Part shown: positions 14,915 through 29,500 of the stretch, one piece after another | How positions within the stretch are numbered: position 1 is the stretch's first letter | How the letters are laid out: every line of letters starts with the position of its first letter | Source: Enoplolaimus lenunculus | Taxonomy: Eukaryota | DNA length: 64,000 bases | Assembly (NCBI GenBank): GCA_030248215.1 | Contig: JASANG010003810.1 | Location: 124,001 to 188,000 of the forward strand | Direction of reading: 5' to 3' | The notes under the pieces: generated by a model | Databases searched by the model: none | What the model was told of the DNA's origin: nothing | The model's input: the letters and a program-made list of their open reading frames with translations, nothing else | Translations under genes and position numbers: made by a program

Positions 14915-15194
14915 CAAGGTGCAACCGGAGTTCTAATATTTGCCGGAGGTTCCGACAATTTCGGCAGTAAAATTTTACATTTTGCAAAATTTGTGTTTAG
15001 CGCGCCGCGTTTTACTTTTGTGACAATTTTCAGGAAAGATTTCCGAAATTTTGCAGAAAATTAGTCTCTAAAACCAAACAACTTAAACAACTTATTGCAG
15101 ATATTGGCTAAAATTAACTAATTAACCATCATTTTTACTACCTACTTTTTGTTGACCTCCAGCTCCGATATTTTTCACCTCCGGTTGCACCCTG
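14915..15194. mobile_element. CAGGGTGCAACCGG-ended hAT-like MITE nested in a TTAGGC MITE (~14793-15234)
   Basis: CAAGGTGCAACCGGAG ... CTCCGGTTGCACCCTG. Flanks CTTTATAG/GCTTATAG resemble a diverged 8-bp TSD, and the host MITE continues on both sides. Confidence 0.75.
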
Positions 15195-15512
15195 GCTTAT
15201 AGTACTGTTTCAATTCTGTTCTATACACTGGCTAGGCTTCTTATTCAAATGAATAAGTTTTTGTTTCAAAAACATCGGTCGCTCAGTCACAATATTTCAT
15301 TAAAGTCACAATAAATGTTTACTTGAAATTCATGTCTGGCAATACATGCATTTAAAAACTCACGCATAAACAAATTTATTTATCAGTACATATGTATACT
15401 GTTTTGACCCCAGTAAGAGGGGTATACTTATTTAGACTATCCAGAGGTGCCTACCTGTTATTCGGTTACGCACTTATTTATTTTTAACTCGTCATTCGTA
15501 TATACTGACATT

Positions 15513-15712
15513 GGCCCATGTTACTTTTAGAAGAGGCCAGGTTTCTGGTGGGTCTGTATAAAAGAGCAGGCGTACATTCTAGAATACATTTCTTGGTTAG
15601 GCTAATAGGCTTAGCTTACACTTAGGCTTAGGAATACGCTTTTGCAACGGTTAGGCGTAGGCTTAAGAATACGCTTAATCTACCCTTACGGCCCTAAAAG
15701 TAAACATTGGCC
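15513..15712 (+). mobile_element. TTAGGC MITE, second subfamily (GGCCCATGTTACTTT), 8-bp TSD CTGACATT; related copies 45377-45664 and 57500-57686
   Basis: CTGACATT flanks both ends; GGCC termini; TTAGGC repeats. Confidence 0.85.
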
Positions 15713-16923
15713 CTGACATTTATCTGGTATTGCAAATATCCATTAAATTAAACGTTTATTTGTCTTGTATCAAAACCTTGAGCGATAATGTAAGTATGGA
15801 TGTGCCGATTAATCGGCATCGGCACTTTTCATGAGTACCAGCAACGGCACATTTCATGAGTATCAGCATCGGCACTTCCAAAAAATTGCTGATTGGTTAG
15901 GGTTTAAGGCTTCATGCAATGATGTAATTCAAAACCTGTTCAATATATGTTAGCCTAATGTATAGAACAGGGCTGTAACTGAACCTAGTTTAAACTTAAA
16001 GACTAAAGAAAGGATAACTCTATACCAAGCCTAAGCAAAAAATTTGCCTAAAACTAAATCTTACTCCATCGCATTCCCGCACGAAAACGGTCCGCCTCAG
16101 ATCTACACCTGATCTATACATGGGCCTATGTGTGACTTATTAAGGGTCAAGGTCATGACGGTACTGTAGAATTCAACCTTGTTAATCGAGTTTCTCAAAA
16201 ACTCAAAATTTCTTAATTCGTTCTACCGTAAAGACCAATTAAACAGCTGCTGTGTAATATGTTTTCTAAAATGAACAATTTGCAAAAATAGACCTATAAA
16301 TCAAAGTGTCACCTCTCAAATCTTTCGCTGGATAAATTTTGAAACAAAACTGGCCAAATCCCGTGACAAGATATGTACTGAAACGTCAGTGAGCGCAGTT
16401 ACAATTGTAAATTGTTCACACAAAAGTATCCAAAAGAAAAACACAGCTAACAATCAAGAATACAAAAAAGTATATTCAAAAGGCGGCCGCAAGCACTGAA
16501 ATACTGCTAAATAGCAAGCTAGAATGTTGCTAAACGCTAAACTTCTACTGCTTACGACTGAAAATTTACACTAGACTTGTATAACAGATACATGGGCGTA
16601 GCCAGGATTTTGAAAAAGGGGTTTATGTTCCATAAAAATTTCAAATGGAGGTTCCATGTAATGCAAACTGATAATCTGGCTGAAAGCCGCTGAACAAAAA
16701 CCCCAAAACGGAGGTTTTGACCCATGAATAGCTATGGCTAAGCCCTTTCACAGACAGTCTATAGCCAATTAGACCTAGGTTAGTTATCAGAAGAAATCAA
16801 CAATTCCCACGAAACTAATTAATTAAGCAATATTTCTAAGCGACATCATCCCATTTTGTTGATGCAAGCGTTCAAACCGCTGGCACTGGCTATTTCCATT
16901 CAATAAAAATGTTCTGGATATCA

Positions 16924-17490
16924 GCCACTGGTAGCGGAACTACATGTATTGAGCGAAGCACCGACATACTTACTTTTAATCAGTCTAGTTAAATATTCGA
17001 GCTTATAAAGCAGAAACAGATAGTTTGACCCACCTACTTACCAATGAATCTAATATGCAAATTAGCAATTAGCTAATATTCAATTATCGGTTTTGAAGCC
17101 TTATAAACAAGTAATTCAGAATGCTCGCACTCGAAAACCCTTCAGTAAGCCTAATAATCAGTGAAATAATTTAAAAAAGTCTTAGTCTAAATTTAAGTTA
17201 AGCTAATATGCAAATTAGCTAACTGTTCATTTATCAGTTTTGGATGTTTGCGAAGAAATATATTTAGATTTCTCGCACGAAAAAACAATTTAGTACTGAA
17301 ATTACATTGGGCGCAACCCTAATAATTAGTGAAATAATGTAAAAAGTCCTAATTTAGGGTTACCCAATGCAAATTTGCTTGCAATTAATAAACGACTCAA
17401 AATTTTAAAAACACCAATGCGAGGTTAACACCCCAGGATAATAAGCTTTCAAACAAAAACACTTTATTAAAATCCGTTCAGTGCTTAGGT
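16924..17490 (-). mobile_element. Truncated copy of the DINE-1/HINE-like Helentron
   Basis: Colinear with 29487-30165 (ACTACAT..ATTGAGCGAAGC, repeated GCTAATATGCAAATTAGC blocks, CCAATGCGAGGTTAACACCCCAGGATAAT). Confidence 0.75.
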
Positions 17491-17576
17491 CTATCTTTTT
17501 TGACCAAGTCCAAACTTTTCCAAGCAACCATTATTTTCCAATTCCAATTTACAAAATTGTTTCCTTTCCCATCTCC

Positions 17577-20500
17577 TCAAATAAGCATCCCAGCCGGCGT
17601 ATCAGGCAAGCGAGCAATCGCAACTGACAATTCCTTCCAAGGACATGACTGTGTCTTACCTTCAGAACTCAACCTTTGCATATCCCAATCACCGAATCCA
17701 TCATTTTGTTTCACGCTATTAGCTAAGTAATTTTTCGCACTTACCAGCATCGTTTTCGGTGTTGCAGTTCGTTTCAACTTTGTCGCCGATTTACGCCGCC
17801 GCCAGCCAACTGTGTGCAAATAACTGCGGTCCGAGTCACACGAAGCTACGGCCCCACGCCTACTCCCCGACCTACTAGTCACTTCCAACACCCCGTATTT
17901 CGCATCCAGCCCGAACGATTTTGAATTTCCGCTTCGCTGCAACCGCTTCACCGGAATTTTATTCACCTTCTGTGCGTGACGTAGGTCAAGCCCCGTATTT
18001 AGATCACGAGTTGACAACAAAGGTAAGCCGCGACGGAAACTAAACTGCCTACAGAAGCCCCCACGACTTTTAGTACCCACGGTGGCCAAGCTATCATCTG
18101 TCAACGCCTCCTTATTCGACTGAGACCCACTGTCAGTGCTCCGAGACTCACTATTCTGACGCGCATTCCAAGTTTGTTTAAAATTTTGCCTTATTCCAGC
18201 CCCAGTAACCTTATCCCCACAGTCTTTAAGGATTTCAAACATTGAACAGCAACTTTCTTCGCCAAATTCATTCGTTTTGAGCTTGTCCTCACACGACGGA
18301 ATAAACGGTGTAGAAACGCACAAAGGAACACCAAAATCCTGCGATCCCGGGGTTTTAGGACTAAGTGCATGTTTGCCGCCATCATGACTATCGAATATTT
18401 CATCTCTGCCGCACTGGGGGTTTATTGTTCTAAAATAACAAAACAAGTTAATAAAAACTAGACAAAGACTTTTAGCAATCGTATTCCCAGCTGTAAGCTG
18501 TGCAGCACCTACCACTAATTAGAGGCAAACAAACATGTAAAAAACGACGACAGATGCGGGTCTGATATTCCACACAATAGCAGGGTACGTAAATTATATC
18601 AGGGTACGTATATTAAATGTAAAAACTACTAAAAATGCATAAAACGACAGCTACTGTTAATACGAGGCACTATACAGTACAAAAATTTGCAATAAGAATG
18701 TCGTTTACTAATCTAAGAGTTTCTTACTCTGGAATGAATGTTTAAATATGATAATAATAGCTAAGATCTACTGATCCCATTATTCAAGTCAATTATGTTA
18801 TAGCTCACAACGGCCTTTGCTACGTAGATAAGATGACAGCACAGGAGCAAGCCTGGATATCTCTATTTTCTATGCAAGCGCTCAGCATTTCATCTCCTCA
18901 CAAATTGCCTAAACCTAATTGGCAAAATTGAATAATAACTGAATTTAGCCCAACTGACGTTGGTGTGTAGTAAAGACAGATTGTAAAAACCACCTAGGCG
19001 TCAACTTATTTATTGCACCTATTACTATAACTACATCTGCAGTGTAGCTACATTAAGTGATAGTAAATAATATTCACAATTACATTGGCTATTATATCCA
19101 AACTTTACTTTTGGAGATAGTACCTTTGCTCAAAATAGCGACATACACTTGTTACTTAGTCTCTACGCTCAAATTTAAATATCCCAAACCCACATCACAT
19201 TCTATTCAACCTTTGTTCAAACAACCTAGACATAACTCCAACTAGCGTTAAATCTGTCACACTACACCCAGCCTCGTACTTTTTGTCTCCAGCAAACGCT
19301 TCAATCTCAAACTTCTCATGTTGGCCCTGATTGTTTCGTGCTTTCTGTATCGACCCCTCTTGTTTCGCCAGTAGCCGTGGACTTTTCCTGCGTCTGTCGC
19401 CACAATCTGTCACAGAATTCCCGTCCTTCTCTCGGTTTTCAACATCTGATCCAGCTTTGCTAGTCTCAATTCCAGCACTGCTTGCGTCTATTCCAGCATT
19501 GTCTGTCTCAATTCTGGCATTCTTGGTCCATACTCCAACATTCTCAGTCTCTACTGTAACACTGTTTGTCTCTATTCCAGCATGACTATCACTTTGTGTC
19601 CGTTTCACTACGCTTCCATTGGGTTTTTCTCTACCCTTTAGCACTACAATCCGATTGCCATCGTTCTCCACGCTCTTGTCGCTGCTCACATCTGACCCAG
19701 TCAATTTATCCGAAGACCGCTTTCGACCCATCGTCCTTGAGCGTCGTTTTGTTACGTCAGTTTTGTCGTTTGAGTTGACCTCTAAGATACCATCCATTAT
19801 CTTTGTAGCAGCGAGCCCAGGCCGAATACTATGCCACTGATAATGACTAACAGATGACATACGATTGAACAGTTCAATTCGATCTGAAACACACGAGGTA
19901 CATGCAAAACATGGCCGGATTATCTGGTTTTGATTTAGTAACTGGCTAAAATATGGTATACCATATTCAGTTCAATTCGGTATGAAACACAGATGTATCT
20001 TCGAATGGTTGTAGTACCTATCGCTAGTAAGATGCATCTGTATATCCTATTCTGAATTAACATGACGATGGCTTTAGTTTTGGTGCACATTATCTCTTGA
20101 AATCCAGCAAACGTTAGTCCATCAGCTATGTCACTACGACTCATAAATGAGATATTGAACAATTAGATTCGATCTGAAATCATCAGGGTAATATACCCGG
20201 TTCTAACTTAATACCAGGTTCGCTATCTGGATGGTAAAATTCGCTCATACCATAACATAACAATAGAACGGAACATTTTAGCACATAGCTGACTGACGTT
20301 ATTACCAATGGAACGCGTTTCTTCTACAATATTACGATATAAGAAAGTAACTTTTAGAATGTAATCAAAAAAGTATTTCCAGTAAACTGGGAATGAGTTT
20401 CTCGAACCCAACTTAAGCACGCCTCTACACTTATGCACTTGCTAAACAATATTAAAACAATTTATCGTTTCTGAAAGTGTACTCAAGTTAAGTAAATACT

Positions 20501-23500
20501 TTGTTGCTGACAAAATTTGATGCATTGCAGGTCAACTGTTTATACATATTAACATTAACAAAATTGGAATTGCATTAGAAGCAATCTTCTTAATATGAAA
20601 CAATACTATGGCTTCCTTGTTATGATACAGGCTCAAAGCTGACATTTATTGGTTTTCAGCCAAAAACTTTACCATATACTTAAGTTTGTGACTTATGTAT
20701 TTACTTAAGCATAACTTAAGTAAATACTTAAGTAAGACTTTGGAAACTCAAACTGAAACATTAATTGGGTTTCTAAAACCCTACTTAAGCATGTTAGCAT
20801 TTAAGTATGTGATGTGCAATTAACCATTATTTAACCGTTCTTAAAAACGTATACGTAAATACTTAAGTCACTGACAAAATTTGATATACAACAGGTTAAA
20901 AATTCAGGCATATTACCATTGGTTAACTAAAATTATACACTTGTGATTCCTTCTTAACGTTAATGTAAAGCAAAACTATTGCTTTCTCGTTATGATAATG
21001 GCTCACATCTGGCGTTCATTTGTATTTGCGCAAGAAGTTATTACTTAAGCTGATGACTTAAGCATAATTTAAGTTAATACTTCAGTAAGATTTTGAAAAA
21101 CCAACTTGTACAATACTTTCAAAATAATACAATGTACCTTTCACATTTCCTTTCTTGTGCGATTTAATATATGACAGACTTGGGCGCGTTGAGTCCAAAT
21201 CCGTATCAGTATAACAACTATCAAGTGTTGTGTCGACTTGTTGAAGAAGTTTTGCTTTCATTTGAGCGCTTCTCTATAAAGAACGAAAAAGTCAAACAAA
21301 AAGCTTTGAATCCATTAATAGTTTAGAAATACACTTTCACCAGACTCTGTACCTACCAAGATGCGACGAATTGTTTGGCTCCGGCATTTGATAGATACTC
21401 GTCTCTGATATCCGGTTGCACCCTGGCATTTACCTCTTCTTTTGCACATACTATGCGGGTACATTTTCCAAATGTCTGGCGCACAAGCATCAGTCCAGCA
21501 ATATTTTTCCTCTAGTAATATTTTCTCCATCTTCAGGTAACATAAGACCGGATATCGAAATATTGATTCCAGAACCACAGCAGAATAGTGGATCATAGGT
21601 TAGATTTGTTTCTTGAAATAAATGATGAAAATGTTACATTTTTTCATATCGGGATTAACATTTTTCATATCTGGATACAACTTGAAATTAAGTTTTGTGC
21701 ATCCAAAAAGCTTCAGTAGTCATCCCTCTAAACCATAAGGTTCAGTGTCCATCATTGTTCCGCCCGCCCCAATACCTCAACTGCTATAGACATGATATTG
21801 TGGTAATTTTATTCAAGGATCGACTGGATATACGGTTCCGATTAATATCAGGCAAACAACCGAAATACGTATCCAGTATAACCCTATGGAATGCCTGATA
21901 TTGCGGTCGTGATCCGGATTATCATAAAACAAATTTTGAAATGTGGAAATACTAGACATTTTCCTGCGACCGTATTATCGGGGAAGTCCATAAGCTTGAG
22001 TTTTTCACAATGAAACATAAAAATGTATGAGGTAAATTTACATCCAGTCTATACCAAATCTCGCCCCAGCAAAAACTTGCCACAAATTCATCATCGCCAA
22101 CAATTTCTTCATTGTCGGCGTCACTAAAAAGCTTCGCAGACCTCGGTTCGTTTGTCGCAAATCCAGCCAAAATACCTTTAGTCGAACTACAACCATTTTG
22201 ACTAGTCGAGCAATCGTTTTCAACAGCTTTCATACCAGAGTCCAGCTCTAACCGACAAAGCCTCACTTCTAATGGAATATCTCGGAATGTTGCTGTGCCG
22301 CTGTCCAGCTGTAAGTCTTCAGTCGCTTCCGCACCCGTTTGCAATTTTTCACTGACGTTTTCGTTCAAGATAGTAGCACAGCAAACTGATGAGTTGTGAA
22401 CTTTCACACTTGCAATCGTAGTTGTACAAGAACGGTGAGTTTTTAGTCGAGTTGACCGTCTTGATTTTGCCCTATGAAACTGAATTCAGTAATAACATTT
22501 CATTTCTGTATGGTGGACGGGATACGCGCAACCACGTACCGAAACGGTCTTAGTTGACAGCACAGTACCGCATAGAATAATCAACCAAAATTGTCGAATG
22601 CCCAGTCTACTGACGTTAACTATCAAAACAACATTCCGTAATACTCATAATAGATATATACATAGCCCACATAAATGAATAAAAATAAATTATGCTAACC
22701 TTTCTGCACTTCGAATTAATTGAGCTTTTGTATCCGGCGTTATGGAGTCATTCCTGCTCTTCGAAACTGAAATTCAATCAGCACTCAGTCTTACCAATAC
22801 AGCACAAGCCTAAGCCGTTGCCTAAGTCTTAATTGAAAGCGGCATCTGCACACGTCACCTACACGTACTCCCATACTTTATTATACACTATAAATATCTG
22901 ACGCTTGATATTCCATGAAAATATCAGAACCTGAACTTAAAGGGTCTCATTTTCCTTAACGCACAACGTTCACTTAAATAATCAAGTGTATCGCATACGC
23001 ATCAAATAAAATTAATAAAAACAAAATGATTATTCAATGCCAAACCGCCCATATAACCCACAGCTTACGAAAATAGGTATCGAAACTAGTCTGCGATTTT
23101 AGGCAAAAAAGAATCCTTGAAACCAGAAATTGCATTAATATAATTGTGTTCAAAAATCAATATATAACACATTGACAAAGCAGGCAAAAATATTCAGGCG
23201 ATTTCAATGCATCACATGCTACCTATAAACGCCGAATACTCAAAATATATATTTTCATGTGAATGCTACTTAAGTACTGAAGTCACACACATTTACGTTG
23301 TTCGTTACTATAATATTTAAAAAGTTACCTGCGTTATATTACTTATCCGAATGGTATCTATTTGTTTCTTATTAAAACAACTCACCTTTCTTAGTACTAC
23401 TCGTCCTGCGGCCAATCAGTGCCACCGGCCTTGCACGTCCACGATTTGACGATCTCAATCCAATTTTAATTGTATTCGGTCGTCCACGTGACAGTTTACT

Positions 23501-26500
23501 CGGCTTTTCCCTGAATCCTCCAGACCGCAAAATCACAGGTCTATGGGGTGTCCGCTGCTGTCCAGAGCCTTGTTTGAAAGGCAGTCGCTTGTCTGAAGCA
23601 GACTTTACAGCTCTTGAAATCTGAGTTCTGTTACCAGAAACCTGTCCAGACTGCAATTTCAAGCGTTGCTGTGTTTTTGTGCAATCCGAAAATGCTGCAG
23701 TTCGATGATGTGTAGAATCACTTATACTTCGATTGACAGATTTATACCCACTACAACCACCGCCACCTCCGCTTGTAGTACAAATCATAGGTGTTGCAAT
23801 AGCTAGAAACACGTATTTATAATTTATTAGCTAAGGTTTGCAGAAAATATTCTCAGCTGGTGATCGGTTTTATAATAGCTAAAAGCATTGTTTTACCAGT
23901 ATATTATCTACAGTTTGTACAAAAATCAAACCCCGATTAGTGATATGTCTCGTAATTACTAAATATATAAATCTGTTAATAAAACACAAGCCAACTAAAT
24001 CTTAGTCTTAAGCTTGACATTGTTATGGCAAGAGAGTAAGTTTATATGAAGTGAAATTGCGTGAAAAATGTCTATCTACCAACCTTATTAAAACGAACGA
24101 AAAGATAACTCCGAAGCATGACTTTACATCATACTGATATTCCACCATCAATAGTCCACATATACTTTACAAATCAGTAGCTAATTAATCTGACAGACAC
24201 CGTACGTCTCAACTTCACCAAAGATTCGAAATTCCACGCCTTACTTACCCCAAATTACTTGACTTTAAACCAAATTCCGCCCAAAAACCACAAACTTACC
24301 ATCCACAGCAGATATAGCGTCCATAGTGTCATCACCAGGCTGGACATAACTTGACCCCATAGCCAGTTCAAATGAAGATAACCCTGATACGATTTCCGCG
24401 CCAGTGGTTCCCCGCTTGTTTTCGACAAATCCCCCACTAATTTCGTCTTGAAGCTTTCTGTTTCCATTTTGCTTGCACCTCTCTCGCATCGAAGTATTAG
24501 GTGAAGCGACTAGTACTGGGATCAAACTTCCCCGATTCGTAGCAGCCCTAGTTCTTGTAACCGGTAACAACTTTTCATTTGCCGTTTTTTGACATGTTAA
24601 TCTTTTCTCACCCTCAAAATCACTATTCGGTTTTGAACAACCAGCGAAATTTGGACCGTCACATTTATCCAAAACCAATATGGGCAAAGGACCATTTGCA
24701 ATATCGACCAGATCATTACTATTTTTGTCGGTACCCAATTTATAGCTACCGCTAGGACTTCCTGCAGCCTCACTACTGCCGTCTGAGCACTCAGGCCCTT
24801 CTACAACATCACTACTCATACGTCTCCTTTTAGGCAGCTCTGTATCTGTATTTTCCGCATTGAAATCATTCAAAGGGCTGCCATCATCTTGGGCGCATAC
24901 ATCTGCTGCGTTTTCCGAGTAAACTGAATGAGAGGGAGATTGCACTGAACGCCTTACAGTTGCACGACTTATACTTTTTCCGTATTTATCAAGCATACTG
25001 TGACCAACGGCTCCGTTGAGTCGTTGAGAATCAGAATCCATAAATCTAAAAAACAAAAAACAAACACATTCAAGCATTGAAACAAGCGGCTAAGAAAAAG
25101 GTTTAATTTCCAATAACCATCATGGAGACATTTTCAAACACAGATTCCACATTCAATTTTGACATGATCACAGAAAACCAAAAGTATTTATTTAGGCGTA
25201 TATCAAACGCATCTTTCACTGAAATTTACACACAAAACTAATAAATTATCACTAATGAGCGAGAAGTTTTCAAACGTACCGGCTGGCCCTGATTCCAAAT
25301 ATAACTTGCAACATTTAAATAGCAAAATCATAACACCTAATTGTGATAAACAAAATTCGTTCGGCGCCCGCAAGTCAAAAACTTTAGCTTAGAAATTGAT
25401 ATGCTTCGCGAGGCAGCAATACCCATGCTTTGCAGTACAGTACGGAGCTGGACGTTATCAAGAGTACATCGTAACCCTTACCCATTTGGCTTTTCAACAG
25501 GATAAACACTGCCCATTTTGACTTGTTTCGCTATCTGTAATTCCAAAACAGACTCAAATACCACAAGCCGCCTTAGCGCTGAAGTTAGCCCTTAGTTAAC
25601 AATCTTAAACCACCAGTAACTACATTACCAAATTCAATTGAGTGTTAGATTGCGCTCAAACCGGTCAAAATTTTAGGTTTTCAGTCCAAAATCTTGATCT
25701 TGTCAGACACACAATCCCACCAGACCTAGTGTGACTACCTCGTTTGTTTCGTTAATAACGAATAACTACTGACTGTAGGACTATCACAGTGCACGGTCAC
25801 TTGATAAATTTCAAATGTTCATTCAACAAAAACCCAAATTTTCACTCTGTTTAGAACCGTTAAAATTTTAAAATTTAAACTTAAAATCCAAACTTGTATT
25901 AGACACGTTTCTTATAAAAAATGCAGTATTACCTCAAATTCTCTCTCAAATTCACTACGAGGGCTATCTACAGGTCCAGGGCTATGTTGACGAATTGAGC
26001 TCAAATTGCGACCAAGCATTTTTGTCAATTTTCGCTCGCTAAACGTTCCATATCCTCTAGAAACTCCTGCATGACCATTATGATACGATTTCAACCATTC
26101 TACGGCAGCAGAACTTGGCAGAGGGCTTACACTTGCGCTTTGAACCCTAGCATCAGTCAAAAGCTGAAATCAAACCGCTAAAATTACAAAAAACCTAAAA
26201 ACCGCAAAAAATATTACAGATAATGACAAATTAAATCAATCTTCTGAAACTTGATTTCAGTTTTTTTATTAAAACTATCTTATTTCATTCAGCGTGCCAA
26301 AATCGTTTTCAATCAAAGCTAAACTCATCAATGACTATAATTAGTCACAGAATAAACCCACGCGGTATCAACCTAAATTCTACCAAAAATAAATGTCTTT
26401 CTTTTAAAAACGACCGATGAACAATATAAAAATGTAAAACAAATTAAAACTAAAAACTGGATTCTCCATTATAAACACCATTACAATAAAAAGGTATTTT

Positions 26501-29500
26501 CAATAAACAAAACCCACCAGTTTGGTAGCCTCATTGCCATCAATATCATGCCTAGAGTAGATATGATTAGGCAGCCTTGGTACACTGACACAGCAATTAC
26601 CAGCCGCTATTGATTTAGACGTAGAGACAGACACTGCACTCGCATTTGATCCTCGATGACGGGCAAAATGTCTGAACGTGTGCAATGGCTTGAAGCTCGG
26701 ATTCCACTTTTTATCGCTAAAATATAACAACACGCATTAGCCTACTATCCGAAGGACAAAACTTTCACTATCACTTTCTGATATCAACCACCGGGCCCCA
26801 AAATTAACCACATAGCGTATTAAAAAATTCCATACACTATCACTCGAACACTCGGTTAACGGCACGCTAATTTCAAAGCCTAACCTCACTTTTGAAACTG
26901 TTTAATTTAACACTAAAGACAAAGGCTCAAAACAAAAACATGAACTAACCGTTTTGATTTTCTGCCTCTCGTCTCTTTATCAAACGCGTCATTATCGAGA
27001 GAATCTAAAGATCGTGCAGATTTCAAATTACTTCCGCTATCTGCATCTACAACCAAGATGACGCAATTAGTAGACTCAAGGCTTACAAACATGATTTAGC
27101 TACATATAATATAGCAAACAGGGGATGCGCACTTACAACGCAAAAACGACTTCCGTGCTAATAAGTGTCCGGCATTTGCTGTGTTTTGGAAAGATGTGGG
27201 TTGATTTTCGCTAAGCGAAACATCTGCCACTTTAAGATTGAAACCAGTAACACAAAGGAAGAAAATCAATCTCATACTGCTAATAACCTGGCAGAAAAGA
27301 CACAGTGCACAAAAACATAAAATAATACCTGCACAGATTCCAGTGCTTGCCAATTTCATTCTGAAAAAATTCAAATAGCAATGTTAAGAATTATTCAACG
27401 TTGAAATTTCTCAGGCTAGCTGCCAGAGTGCAACCGGAATTCCGACTGCAATTTAGAATTCTGACTCAAAACGAGTTCCGATTCCAATTGTACAATCAAT
27501 CAGGACCGAAATTTTGACATTTTAATTTTATTTCGGCCTATTTGTTGGAATATGTTGCATAAAAATTCTCCGTCATTCATCTATCAAATTGTTTTTGATA
27601 AGTTTAATTGATTGTAGTTTATCTTTACAGAACAAAACAAGATATCTGTTCAGAATAGTTGTCAGCACAGAGGCACTTCATTATAATAGGTAAGTTGATA
27701 TTAGCAAACCAAATACTGAACTTCAAACAGAGTCTTACATTTTATCAGCATGAGCAGACGCAGACCGTCGACGTCTTAATTGCGGTGAGTCACGATTTGA
27801 CTCTGGCACTGAACACAATACTTTCATAAAAATTGCTAAAATGAACAATTTTAGCAAAGATAAGGGAACATAAAATTTCGCTCACGGTAAAATCAGGTAT
27901 TTTGTCCGCCTTATCCACTGAAAGTATTTTCACCTTTCGGTGCCGGTATTTTCAAGTTTATTTACCCAGTCGCCACATAAGGAAACAGAGGCACTCGTAC
28001 TTCCATGGCTGCAAACAGTAAACACACTACAATACATAAATATTAGAAGTGCTACAACTGACGTGGTAAATTATGAGTCAGAATCACTAAAACATAGATG
28101 TATTTGAGGCTTCCACTTAACACAATAATGACTAAGAATACTTCAAGAATCAAAAAAATCTAGACACTTACTATTCCTCCTACTAGGTGCTATTCCAGAT
28201 TTAATAAAATGACGCTGAGTGAAACCTGGAGCTGGAGACCGATTATTGGAAGATTGGCACAAATCATTTTCGATAGCTCTTTCAATGTCTATCCCCGTAC
28301 GTCTTCCGCAAACAAACACATCTGGCGATGACATAATCATATCAAACTGGGACGGAACGCCTAGAACACATTTCATAAAAAATCTGTTCACGTTTCTAGT
28401 TTCGCATAGAAAATTGTTATAAACACGCGATTAAACACACACGCCCGTTTTATTCACCCTCACTTATCTCACAGTTTTCCAAGACCGATAAATATTCAAG
28501 TCTATATACATAATTTTACATAAGCCTGCAAGTCTCAAATCTTCCGCGGACGAGAATATAAAAATTATCGTAGAACTCAAAATAAATTTTTTGTCACCGC
28601 TTTAAAACAACTTCGAAGACCTTACCTAACTTATCATAGTTACGAATCAAACGCTCAACACATTGGCAACGACGTTCAAAAGAAGACATCAATGAACCGT
28701 GATCAAGTGCTTCTGCCGGGTTCACGGCAAATAATGTCGGCGCAAATATCAAAGCTAAATTATGCACGGTCATCTTATTCATTTCGTGGTGTTTTGAAAC
28801 CTAAAACTTGTACATATACGTAGCTCATACGTGTCAACAGGGTAAATACAGGCTGTCTATCAGGTCGCAACCGGAATTCCTGAAAAATCACAAAATTTAA
28901 GGAACAAAAATGAAGTTTATATAGCTAATAATAAGACACTCAACAAAAACTATGTAAAACTTTTTTGTTCAATTCCACTAACTTTACGAATGACACCAGA
29001 AATACGTTACGTACTTTCCGATCGAAATATTAAAACACAAATTTCCAATCTCAATAATATATATTATAAATGAAAACCGTTAGGATTGCGTTATAGTTGT
29101 CCTTTGTTTACAAATTGTTAGTAGCTTACGTGCTCGATATAAACTCAACTAAACTATTGGTAAATAGCAACCAAGCATACATCATTAAGCTTCCACATCA
29201 AATACATCAACGTTTGATAATTGGCATGAGAAGTAACCAGGTGATAATTTCGAATTAACGTTTCTTCTGCTAACTCGTTCGGAGCCGCAATAAAACACTC
29301 TTGAACACGACTGGGAATTAATGGAAACTTCAGTTTGCGCAGAAATAACTTAATCAGATCAGTCATGTCGTGAATACTTAGTGTTGATGCGACGCTGTCA
29401 TTCAAACCCGCATAGAAACTGCTAATCTATAACGATTTCAAAATCAAAATGGTTGTCCAAAAAAGGTTTATGTAATAATACCTATACCACCAGTCGTGGT

